Numbered from the stretch's first letter, positions 24,490 to 32,048 are shown. The stretch is 34,270 bases of DNA from an uncultured Anaerolineaceae bacterium (GCA_964522905.1 CAZFXH010000279.1:1-34270), one strand, 5' to 3'. Program-made: numbers and translations. The notes: generated by a model from the letters alone, not told the origin.

Positions 24490-26077
24490 GACGAGTATGA
24501 ACGACCAGTCCAATAGCCAATCAGACACAAGTGGACTGAAAAGGCAATCGATGGTCTCCGCTGCCACGCTCGTCGAGCTGATCGGGCCATGGGCGGACGG
24601 TGCGGACCCGCTCAACGAGCAACTCGCCGGGGCGCTCGCGCGAGCCATCGACCTCGGCGTCCTGCCGCCCGGGACCCGCCTGCCGGCCGAGCGCGAGCTG
24701 GCGCGCGAACTGGCCCTCAGCCGCACGACGATCGTCGCCGCCTACGACCGCCTCCGGCTGGCGGGCCTGGCCCGAAGCCGCCAGGGGAGCGGCACCCGGG
24801 TGGCGGCGCGTCGACCGGGCCTGACCCAGGCCTACCTCGCCCCCCTGGCCGAGATGGAGTCGGACGCCGTGCTGATGCCGACCGTCGGCGGACCCATGTC
24901 TACCGCCACGACCACGGCCGCGACGGCACCGGCCGTCGGCCTGCTGACCCCGCTCATCGACGACGCCATCGAGCTCACCATCGGCGCGCTTCCGGCCGGA
25001 TCGATCGTTGCCGAGGCGATGGCGGCGGCTGTGAGGGACGACCTTCCGACCCTGCTCCTCGACAGCGGCTACGACCCGTTCGGCCTGCCGGCCCTGCGCA
25101 GCCAGATCGCCGCCTACCTGACCCGCCTCGGTGTGGCCACGGATCCCGACCAGGTACTCGTCACGAGCGGTGCGCAGCAGGCGCTCCATCTCATCGGATG
25201 GCAGCTTGGTGGACCCGGGAATGCGATCGTGATGGAGAACCCGAGCTATATCGGGGCCATCGACGCCTTCCGGACGACCGGCAACCGGCTCATCCCGATC
25301 CCGGTGGACGACGACGGCGGCCGGGTCGAGGTCATCGGCCTGCTCGGAGCCAGCGCACCCGTCCGACTCGTGTACGTCATCCCGACCTTCCAGAATCCGA
25401 CCGGCTCGGTCATGCCGGAGGGGCGCCGTCGCGAGCTCGCACGCATGGCCTTGGAGGCAGGCTTCCTGGTCGTCGAGGACCTCACGCCCGACCTGACGCT
25501 CGGGGTCGGCAGCCCGCCGCCCATCGCCGCCTTCGATCCGGGCGACCGGGTCATCACCGTCGGCTCGCTGAGCAAGCTCGCGTGGGGCGGACTCCGCGTC
25601 GGGTGGGTGCGCGCGTCGCGGTCGATCATCGATCGGTTGGTCGCCGGGAAGATCGTCGCGGACCATTCGTCGAGCCTCGTCACCCAGGCGATCGGCGCAC
25701 GGGTGTTCGAGCGGCTTGACGACGTCGCCGCCCGGAGCCGGCAGGCAGCCGCGGAACGGCGGTCCGTGCTGATGGAGGCGCTCGCCACCCGGCTGCCCGA
25801 CTGGACCTGGACCGAGCCCAAGGGCGGCCTCTCCCTGTGGGTGCGCCTGCCCGGGACGGACGCCGTCGCCTTCAGCCGCCTCGCGGCGACACTCGGGGTC
25901 GTGGTCCGACCGGGTCCGCTGGCGTCGCCGGACGGCGGCTTCCGCGATCACATCCGGATCGCCTATGGCTCGGAACCGGACCGGCTCGTCGACGGGGTGG
26001 AGCGGCTCGCCGCGGCCTGGGCCGCGTACACGCCGGCAACCCGCTCGAGCCGCCCGTCGCTGGCCGTCAGCGTCTGA
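24488..26077 (+). CDS. MocR-subfamily GntR transcriptional regulator (wHTH + class-I aminotransferase-fold PLP domain)
   Basis: The wHTH is LPAERELARELALSRTTIVAAYDRLRLAGLARSRQGSGTRV. A long linker leads to an AAT-like domain with the PLP-lysine context GSLSKLAWGGLRVGWV. Starts at 24479, 24488 or 24497 are all possible. Confidence 0.88.
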   Translation: MTSMNDQSNSQSDTSGLKRQSMVSAATLVELIGPWADGADPLNEQLAGALARAIDLGVLPPGTRLPAERELARELALSRTTIVAAYDRLRLAGLARSRQGSGTRVAARRPGLTQAYLAPLAEMESDAVLMPTVGGPMSTATTTAATAPAVGLLTPLIDDAIELTIGALPAGSIVAEAMAAAVRDDLPTLLLDSGYDPFGLPALRSQIAAYLTRLGVATDPDQVLVTSGAQQALHLIGWQLGGPGNAIVMENPSYIGAIDAFRTTGNRLIPIPVDDDGGRVEVIGLLGASAPVRLVYVIPTFQNPTGSVMPEGRRRELARMALEAGFLVVEDLTPDLTLGVGSPPPIAAFDPGDRVITVGSLSKLAWGGLRVGWVRASRSIIDRLVAGKIVADHSSSLVTQAIGARVFERLDDVAARSRQAAAERRSVLMEALATRLPDWTWTEPKGGLSLWVRLPGTDAVAFSRLAATLGVVVRPGPLASPDGGFRDHIRIAYGSEPDRLVDGVERLAAAWAAYTPATRSSRPSLAVSV

Positions 26078-26142
26078 TCGGGGCGACCGACCCACGCCGC
26101 GTTCCGGCCCCGCATCGCTGAACCCCGCTAGACTGGCCGACC

Positions 26143-26757
26143 GTGGCCGAACTTCCCTCAGGCTCACCGCCGCCCCATCGCCCCAGCGCCCGATCGGCGC
26201 GTCGCCCGCGCTTCGTCCTGCCCGACGACCACCATGACGAGCGAGCCGGCGAACGCATCGAGGCGTTCCTCGAGGGCCCTCCGGTCCGCGCGCGGCGGAA
26301 CCGTCGCTCCCGTCACCTGCGGTCCGAGAGCCTTCGCCGCGTCCGACCCGTCGTGCCCATGGATACCCGGACCGACTGGGATATCGCGCTCCGCCACGAA
26401 GACGCGCGTGTCGCCCGCTACGGTCGGCCCGCGGCGATCCTGGCCGTCCGGCTGCGCATGGCCACGACCAGCGTCCTGGACCAGTACGCGCATCGCATCG
26501 GCGGGGTGATCCGTCAGCAGGCGCGCGAGACCGACCGGGTCACCCGCTTCGGTCCGGATCGGTTCCACGTCCTGCTGCCCGAGACGCTCGAGGCGGAGGC
26601 GACCGTGCTCGCCGAGCGAGTCCGCATGGCCTGTGTCGCCCTCATCCCGGGATCGCTGGGTTCCGAGGTGGAGGTCCTGGTTGCGTCGGCCAGCACGTCC
26701 CGTGGCGGCACCCTCGCCGAGGCGCTGCGCTCGGTCAAGGCCCGGCTCGAGAGCTAG
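26143..26757 (+). CDS. degenerate GGDEF-domain protein (GGDEF replaced by GPDRF), Arg-rich N-terminal region
   Basis: RYGRPAAILAVRL...DRVTRFGPDRFHVLLPETLEAEATVLAERVRMA matches the central GGDEF fold, but the signature and upstream metal-binding Asp positions are substituted. An internal ATG at 26359 is an alternative start. Confidence 0.6.
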   Translation: MAELPSGSPPPHRPSARSARRPRFVLPDDHHDERAGERIEAFLEGPPVRARRNRRSRHLRSESLRRVRPVVPMDTRTDWDIALRHEDARVARYGRPAAILAVRLRMATTSVLDQYAHRIGGVIRQQARETDRVTRFGPDRFHVLLPETLEAEATVLAERVRMACVALIPGSLGSEVEVLVASASTSRGGTLAEALRSVKARLES

Positions 26758-26779
26758 CTGGCTGGGAAGAACAGCTAGC
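26753..26779. terminator. hairpin whose two arms contain the stop codons of the convergent genes
   Basis: GCTAGCTG-N11-CAGCTAGC. TAG (26755-26757) ends the plus-strand gene and CTA (26775-26777) is the stop of the minus-strand gene. Confidence 0.5.
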
Positions 26780-27164
26780 GCACCAGCGTCTCGAAAAGAT
26801 GCTCCAGCTCCCCGGCGGGGTCGTCGGTGAGGCCGGTGTGCACGTCCGACGGCTGGATGATCGTGCTTGCCGGCGACACCAGCCAGTGGAAGCGCTCCGC
26901 GATCGACAGGCGCGCGATCGGCCCGCCGTCCGGATCCCCGCGCGCGACGCGTTCGATGGCCACGAGGTGCGGACGCACCGTCGACGGGTCCGTGTCGGGT
27001 GCCAGGGCCGTGAGGCGCGCTTCGTGGAGCTCCGTGCGGGCACCGATGTACGACTTCGACCGGCACAGCAGCACGACCCCGGCGTTCAGGCACTCCCCGC
27101 GCTCCACCCGGGGAACGACGCGGATGATCGCGTACTGGTAGGGACTACGCGGCTCGTCGGGCAC
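26775..27164 (-). CDS. DUF3037-family protein (129 aa)
   Basis: GTG 27162-27164 lies 6 nt after GGAGGAGG (27171-27178). YQYAIIRVVPRVERGECLNAGVVLLC, ERFHWLVSPASTIIQPSDVHTG and ELEHLFETLV match my recollection of DUF3037. It overlaps the upstream kinase gene by 20 nt. Confidence 0.8.
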   Translation of the reverse strand: MPDEPRSPYQYAIIRVVPRVERGECLNAGVVLLCRSKSYIGARTELHEARLTALAPDTDPSTVRPHLVAIERVARGDPDGGPIARLSIAERFHWLVSPASTIIQPSDVHTGLTDDPAGELEHLFETLVR

Positions 27165-27930
27165 GCTCGGCCTCCTCCACGAACGGACGTCGCGCTGCCA
27201 ACCGGCGCTCCAGGTAGCGAACGTAGGCGGCCCGTTGGTCGTCGGCGTCGCCCACGGCGGCATCGTCGGGCAGCCACAGGTCGGGGATCGCGGCGACGAG
27301 CCGCTCGAACAATCCGCGGTCGAGCGCGGCGGCCAGGCGGGCATCGGCCTCGTCGATCGGACCCGCGAACGGCAGCAGCACGTGATCACGAGTGCGCTCG
27401 AACGGACGCTCGGCGTGCGCATCGGGGTCGCGCCACGTGTGATGGACGTAGAGCGCGGCCCCATGGTCGATCAGCCACGTCCGGCCGTGCCAGATGAGCA
27501 GGTTGGGGTTCCCGGCCGTCCGATCCGGATTGGTGGTGAATGCATCGAGCCACACGACCGCCGCGGCGGCATCGGGATCGACCACGGGCGACGCCCCGGG
27601 GTTGAACGTCAGGGCACCCGGCAGGAAGTCGAGGCCCAGGTTGAGACCGCCGCTGCGATGGACAAGCTCCTGCAGCTCCTCGTCAGGTTCGGCGTCGCCG
27701 AGGCTGCCGTCGACATCGATCGTCACGATCTCGGGCACTGGCAGCCCGAGCGCCCGACCGATCTCGCCGGCCAGCCATTCCGCGACGAGCGCTCGGGGAC
27801 CCTGGCCGGCAGCCCGGAATTTCACGACGTACAACCCGTCATCGTCGGCCTCGACGAGCCCCGGCATGGAGCCGCCCTCGCGCAGGGGCGTGACGTAGCG
27901 GGTGGCGGTCACGTGGCGCGGATGGGGCAT
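27145..27930 (-). CDS. HipA-like serine/threonine kinase-fold protein (261 aa)
   Basis: ATG 27930. LYVVKF (ATP-binding Lys), the catalytic-loop-like DAFTTNPDRTAGNPNLLIW (D..N) and metal-binding LIDHGAAL. No HipB-like HTH gene is adjacent. Confidence 0.75.
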   Translation of the reverse strand: MPHPRHVTATRYVTPLREGGSMPGLVEADDDGLYVVKFRAAGQGPRALVAEWLAGEIGRALGLPVPEIVTIDVDGSLGDAEPDEELQELVHRSGGLNLGLDFLPGALTFNPGASPVVDPDAAAAVVWLDAFTTNPDRTAGNPNLLIWHGRTWLIDHGAALYVHHTWRDPDAHAERPFERTRDHVLLPFAGPIDEADARLAAALDRGLFERLVAAIPDLWLPDDAAVGDADDQRAAYVRYLERRLAARRPFVEEAERARRAA

Positions 27931-28083
27931 CGCGCCGGAGTCTAGCGCTCCACGACGCGTGCAGGTTCGCAACGGTCTGTGGGCAGTTCGGCACGTCGGC
28001 GGTTACGCTCTCCCGGTACCCTAGAGCCATCAGTCGTCGATTCGAGCCTGGCGCTGGCCGAACAAGATCGACCAGGAGACAAC

Positions 28084-29061
28084 ATGACTGCAACCGTTCG
28101 CCGGCTCGACCCCGGACAGGAACTCGACGCGGGCGAGGCGTTGGCCATGGATCAGGGCCTGCTCGTCGAGCTGGAACCCGAGGCGGGTCGCCTGTACGAC
28201 CGCCACGCCAGGGTCGCCCAGGAATGGTTTCCCCACGACTACATCCCGTATCGCCTCGGACGCGACTTCGACAAGGAGCCCTGGACGCCCGATCAGCCGC
28301 GCCTGACGGGTGTCGCACAGACCGCCTTCGAGATCGGCCTGCTGACCGAGGACAACCTGCCCTCCTACCATCGGCTCATCCACGGCATGTTCGGCCGGGG
28401 CGACGGCGCATGGATCAGCTGGGTCGGACGTTGGCCCGCGGAGGAGGGGCGCCACGCGATCGTCCTTCGCGACTACCTCACGGTCACCCGCAACATAGAC
28501 CCGATCATGCTCGAGCGGGGGCGGATGACGCAGCTCCAGCAGGGCTACGACCACGCCTCCCCGACTACCCTGCGCGGTCTCGCGTACGTGGCCTTCCAGG
28601 AGCTGGCGACCCGCATCGCCCATCGCAACACGGGGCGCTACTCGGACGACCCCGTCGCGGACAAGATCATGGTCCGCATCGCCGCCGACGAGAACCTGCA
28701 CATGGTCTTCTACCGCGACATCCTGGCGGCCGCCCTGAAGATCCAGCCGTCGGCGGCCGTGCGGGCGATCGCCGACGAGGTCCTCGCGTTCGAGATGCCG
28801 GGCGCCGGCATCCCCGGGTTCATCCGCAAGGCGGCGCAGATCGCCAAGGCCGGGATCTATGACCTGCGGGTCCACCACGACGAGGTCCTGATGCCGATCC
28901 TGCGCCACTGGCGCATCTTCGAGCTCGAGGGGCTCGACGCCGCGGCCGAGGAGGCCCGTGGTCGCCTGGCCGATCATCTCGCCAAGCTGGATGCGGCAGC
29001 GACGCGGTTCGAGGAGAAGGTCGCGAACTCGGGCTTTCCCCGGATCGCCTCCACCGGCTGA
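28084..29061 (+). CDS. acyl-ACP desaturase (soluble di-iron, DesA1/DesA2-like)
   Basis: ATG after AGGAG. LLTEDNLPSYH, di-iron motifs AEEGRHAIVL and AADENLHMVFY, and FQELATRIAHRNT. Confidence 0.9.
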   Translation: MTATVRRLDPGQELDAGEALAMDQGLLVELEPEAGRLYDRHARVAQEWFPHDYIPYRLGRDFDKEPWTPDQPRLTGVAQTAFEIGLLTEDNLPSYHRLIHGMFGRGDGAWISWVGRWPAEEGRHAIVLRDYLTVTRNIDPIMLERGRMTQLQQGYDHASPTTLRGLAYVAFQELATRIAHRNTGRYSDDPVADKIMVRIAADENLHMVFYRDILAAALKIQPSAAVRAIADEVLAFEMPGAGIPGFIRKAAQIAKAGIYDLRVHHDEVLMPILRHWRIFELEGLDAAAEEARGRLADHLAKLDAAATRFEEKVANSGFPRIASTG

Positions 29062-29096
29062 CCGGTCGGCGGCGTCCTCGACCGGGGGCCGGTCAG
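29058..29096. terminator. hairpin embedding both stop codons of convergent genes
   Basis: CTGACCGG-N23-CCGGTCAG, with the inner alternative CCGGTCG-N10-CGACCGG. TGA is at 29059-29061 and TCA at 29093-29095. Confidence 0.5.
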
Positions 29097-29596
29097 AGTT
29101 GCGTCTGGAGGACCTGCCACACGGCGCCAATGGCCGTCAGGATCAGCCACAGGACGCCGATGACCAGGAGCACCACCCCGGCAAAGAAGGCCTGATCGCC
29201 CCGGGTGGACGCATCGGGCTCGAGCGCGTGGCGGCGGAACAGCGCCAGGTTCCGGGAGTTCGAGCGGAATGCGACGTCAAACAGATCGCCCAGGAGCGGG
29301 ATCGCGCCGATGACCAGGTCGATGACCAGGTTGACGACCATCCGGGCCAGGACGATCCTAGGGATACCGAACCGGGCCGCCTCTCCGATGACCCATGTGC
29401 CGACGATCGCCGAAACGGCGTCGCCCACGACCGGGATGAGACCGATGATCGGGTCGAGGCCGACCTTGACCGGCGTTCCCGGGATGCCGATGAGCTCATC
29501 GAGCGCATGCGTGACCCGTCCGATCCGGCGTTCTGCCGCCCGGAACCGCTCGGCGCGAGTGGCACCGATGACGTCGCCTTCCATCGATCCGTGCAT
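29093..29596 (-). CDS. DUF4112-family membrane protein
   Basis: LDELIGIPGTPVKVGLDPIIGLIPVVGDAVSAIVGTWVIGEAARFGIP...IDLVIGAIPLLGDLFDVAFRSNSRNL is the characteristic DUF4112 core. Confidence 0.85.
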   Translation of the reverse strand: MHGSMEGDVIGATRAERFRAAERRIGRVTHALDELIGIPGTPVKVGLDPIIGLIPVVGDAVSAIVGTWVIGEAARFGIPRIVLARMVVNLVIDLVIGAIPLLGDLFDVAFRSNSRNLALFRRHALEPDASTRGDQAFFAGVVLLVIGVLWLILTAIGAVWQVLQTQL

Positions 29597-29830
29597 CTCT
29601 CGAGTGTAGGCGCGATCGTGCGCATCCAGTCCAGGTATGGACGGATGTCCATGCCGGATTCATGACGGACGCCGAGTGGGGCCGCTCGACCGGGCGCCTA
29701 CGTTGTGTCCAGCACAAAACGGACCGCCGGACACCAAGACCTTCGACCGGCGGCGCGTCGACCCTCCGGCGGGATGCCGGGCGGCGGCGGAGCCGGCAAT
29801 CCTGACCGGACGGTGGTCCGAACACTGCTG

Positions 29831-29863
29831 AACTGAAGAACAACTGAAGAACAACTGAAGAAC
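29831..29863. repeat. perfect 3 x 11-bp tandem repeat AACTGAAGAAC (36% GC in a ~70% GC context)
   Basis: Units at 29831-29841, 29842-29852 and 29853-29863 are identical, followed by a decayed AATCGAA. The array lies in a 530-bp gap with no convincing gene. Confidence 0.95.
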
Positions 29864-29976
29864 AATCGAATCCCCGCTGACCGCTCGGATGTTTGGGGAC
29901 GCCGAGCGGTCAAGCGGATTCTCGGCGTCTGAGTACATGACGGGAACTGGCAGGTACGAGCGACAAACTGCTCGCC

Positions 29977-30162
29977 ATGGACCTGATCGAACTCACCCGC
30001 ACCATCCAGGCAGAGCGCGAACGGGAGATCGAAGCGGCGACCCGGACCGCCCGGCTGCTGGCGCCGGAGGAAACCTCGGAACCGCACGGCTGGCGACCGC
30101 GGTGGCTCCGACGGCCCGCAGCACCTCAGCGGCCGGTGTCCAGCGGCACGCTGTCGCGGTAG
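29977..30162 (+). CDS. candidate small ORF (61 aa), uncertain
   Basis: MDLIELTRTIQAEREREIEAATRTARLLAPEE... has a helical, protein-like first half and high GC3. It has no Shine-Dalgarno, and its Arg/Pro-rich tail overlaps the 3' end of the convergent WYL gene by 37 nt. Confidence 0.25.
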   Translation: MDLIELTRTIQAEREREIEAATRTARLLAPEETSEPHGWRPRWLRRPAAPQRPVSSGTLSR

Positions 30163-31124
30163 CGCTCGAGGATCCTGCCGGCGGTCCCCATCACCCGGTC
30201 GCGGATCTCGGCGGGTTCGAGCACCTCGAGGCTCGATCCGATCGACAGCAGCTTGCCTGGGACTTCGTCCGGCCAGGTCAGGGTCAGCCGAAGGCGCTCC
30301 CAGCCGTCGGGATCGGGCTCGTCCAGTCGCACGCCCGCAGCGAGGGTCGCCTGGCCGAACACGTCGGCGATCCGCCATTCACGGTCCTTCGGGATGCGGA
30401 CCGTGACCTCGACGGTGGGGACATCCCGCTCGTAGGCGGCGCTCGACTCCGCCCAGTACGCAGCGAGATCGAAGCCGGTCGGGCGTTCGACGCGCTCGTC
30501 GAGGACCATTGCCTCCAGGACCCGCGACGCTCGATACGTCCGGATCTGCCCGTCCGTGGCCGCGATCACGTACCACATGCCACCCTTCAGCACGAGACCC
30601 AGGGGAGCCACCGTCCGCTCGACCGGGTCGCGTGGGCCGGTGCCGCGTTCGTAGGTGATCCGCAGCGCACGGGCATCCCAGACCGCCGCCGAGAGAGTGG
30701 CGAGGTGCGGGACGGCGTCGCCCGCGTGGAACCAGCCGGCGACATCGAGATGGAATCGCTCCACGATGCGGGAGGCGCGCGAGCGAAGTTCCGGCGGCAG
30801 TGCGGCCATCACCTTGAGCTGGGCGGCCGCGACGACCGTGCCGAGACCCAGTTGCGCGGCGGGACCCGGGAGGCCGGCAAGGAACAACGCCTCAGCTTCG
30901 TCCGCGGTCATGCCCGTGAGCCGGGTGCGGTAGCCGTCCACGAGCCGGATCCCACCGAGCGGACCGCGCTCCGCGAAGATCGGGACCCCGGCGGCGCTCA
31001 ATTCCTCGACGTCCCGATGGACGGTCCGGACCGACACCTCGAGCTCGCGTGAGAGCTGGGCCGCGGTCAGGCCGCCACGGCTCTGGAGCAGCAGGAGCAG
31101 GTTCACGAGACGGGACGCGCGCAC
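30126..31124 (-). CDS. YafY/PafBC-type transcriptional regulator (HTH + WYL + WCX domains)
   Basis: GTG 31122-31124. HTH RLVNLLLLLQSRGGLTAAQLSRELEVSVRTVHRDVEELSAAGVPI, and WYL core VAPLGLVLKGGMWYVIAATDGQIRTYRASRV. Confidence 0.9.
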   Translation of the reverse strand: MRASRLVNLLLLLQSRGGLTAAQLSRELEVSVRTVHRDVEELSAAGVPIFAERGPLGGIRLVDGYRTRLTGMTADEAEALFLAGLPGPAAQLGLGTVVAAAQLKVMAALPPELRSRASRIVERFHLDVAGWFHAGDAVPHLATLSAAVWDARALRITYERGTGPRDPVERTVAPLGLVLKGGMWYVIAATDGQIRTYRASRVLEAMVLDERVERPTGFDLAAYWAESSAAYERDVPTVEVTVRIPKDREWRIADVFGQATLAAGVRLDEPDPDGWERLRLTLTWPDEVPGKLLSIGSSLEVLEPAEIRDRVMGTAGRILERYRDSVPLDTGR

Positions 31125-31143
31125 GGACGAAGCATAACGACAG

Positions 31144-31164
31144 ACATGACAGACCCTGTCATGT
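31144..31164. promoter_or_regulatory. perfect palindrome ACATGACAG-ACC-CTGTCATGT 20 bp upstream of the WYL regulator start
   Basis: 9-bp arms with a 3-bp spacer, inside the 54-bp gap between the PAC2 stop (31179) and the WYL start (31124). A candidate autoregulatory operator. Confidence 0.5.
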
Positions 31165-31178
31165 ACCGTCGCTCCTGT

Positions 31179-32048
31179 TCAGCTGCGGGGCTGGCCCTCG
31201 GTGCCGCCTTCGCGGAGGAAGCGCTCGATCTCCCCGATGAGGTCGTCGCCGGACGGGAGTCGCTGCTCGTCGACCAGCAGCTCGAGTCGCTCCACGTACT
31301 CCCGGGTGCTCTCCTCGAGGGCGGTCGCGGTGTCCAGGCGCGTGCGCAGCTGCTGCGCCTCATCGGCGAGGTCGCCGGACGGGAGCACGACGTCGAGGTG
31401 GCGGCCGAGTGCGATGAGCAGCTCGACGGAGGCGGCCGGGTACGGCCCGGAGACATAGTGGGGTACCTGGGCGAAGTAACCGACGGCCGGGATGCCGCTT
31501 TCGGCCATGGCCATCTCGAGCACGCTGACCGTCGCGGCCGGCACGCGCAGGAGCCCGGCCGGCCCGGGACGCACGTCCCCGCGCAGGCGGCCGGCCTCCG
31601 AGGTCGTCCCCAGGATCGGCACGGACCGGGTGTGCGGTACGGCCGCCGGGATGGCCCCGAGACTGATCCACTCGACCACGCCAAGCCGTTGCGCGATCTC
31701 GACGACCGCGGCGCGGAACCCCTGCCACTTATCGTCCGGTTCGGGCCCCGCCAGGACGAGCAGGTCGCGCTCCGAGACCCGGACCCGCCGGATCGCGAGC
31801 TCGGGCCAGTCCAGCTCCGCCAGTCGACCGTCCACGATCTTGAGCGTCGGACGGCGGGCGCGGTAGTCGAAGAGGGCATCCGCGTCGAAGGTGGCCACGA
31901 TCGGGGCGTCCTCGACGAGGTGATCGAGCGCGGTGGTGGCCGCACTACCGGCATCGACCCAGCCGTCGAAGGCGCCGACCATCGTCGGTGCGATGAGGTC
32001 GCCGGGATCCCCAGGCACACCCGGCCCAGCCAGCTGGTACAGGCTCAC
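31179..32048 (-). CDS. PAC2 (proteasome-assembly-chaperone-like) family protein
   Basis: GTG 32048 gives VSLYQLAG...LIAPTMVGAFDGWVDAGSAATTAL...FDYRARRPTL...LVLAGPEPDDKWQGF, a typical actinobacterial PAC2 pattern. The start is uncertain because no SD is present. Confidence 0.8.
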   Translation of the reverse strand: MSLYQLAGPGVPGDPGDLIAPTMVGAFDGWVDAGSAATTALDHLVEDAPIVATFDADALFDYRARRPTLKIVDGRLAELDWPELAIRRVRVSERDLLVLAGPEPDDKWQGFRAAVVEIAQRLGVVEWISLGAIPAAVPHTRSVPILGTTSEAGRLRGDVRPGPAGLLRVPAATVSVLEMAMAESGIPAVGYFAQVPHYVSGPYPAASVELLIALGRHLDVVLPSGDLADEAQQLRTRLDTATALEESTREYVERLELLVDEQRLPSGDDLIGEIERFLREGGTEGQPRS

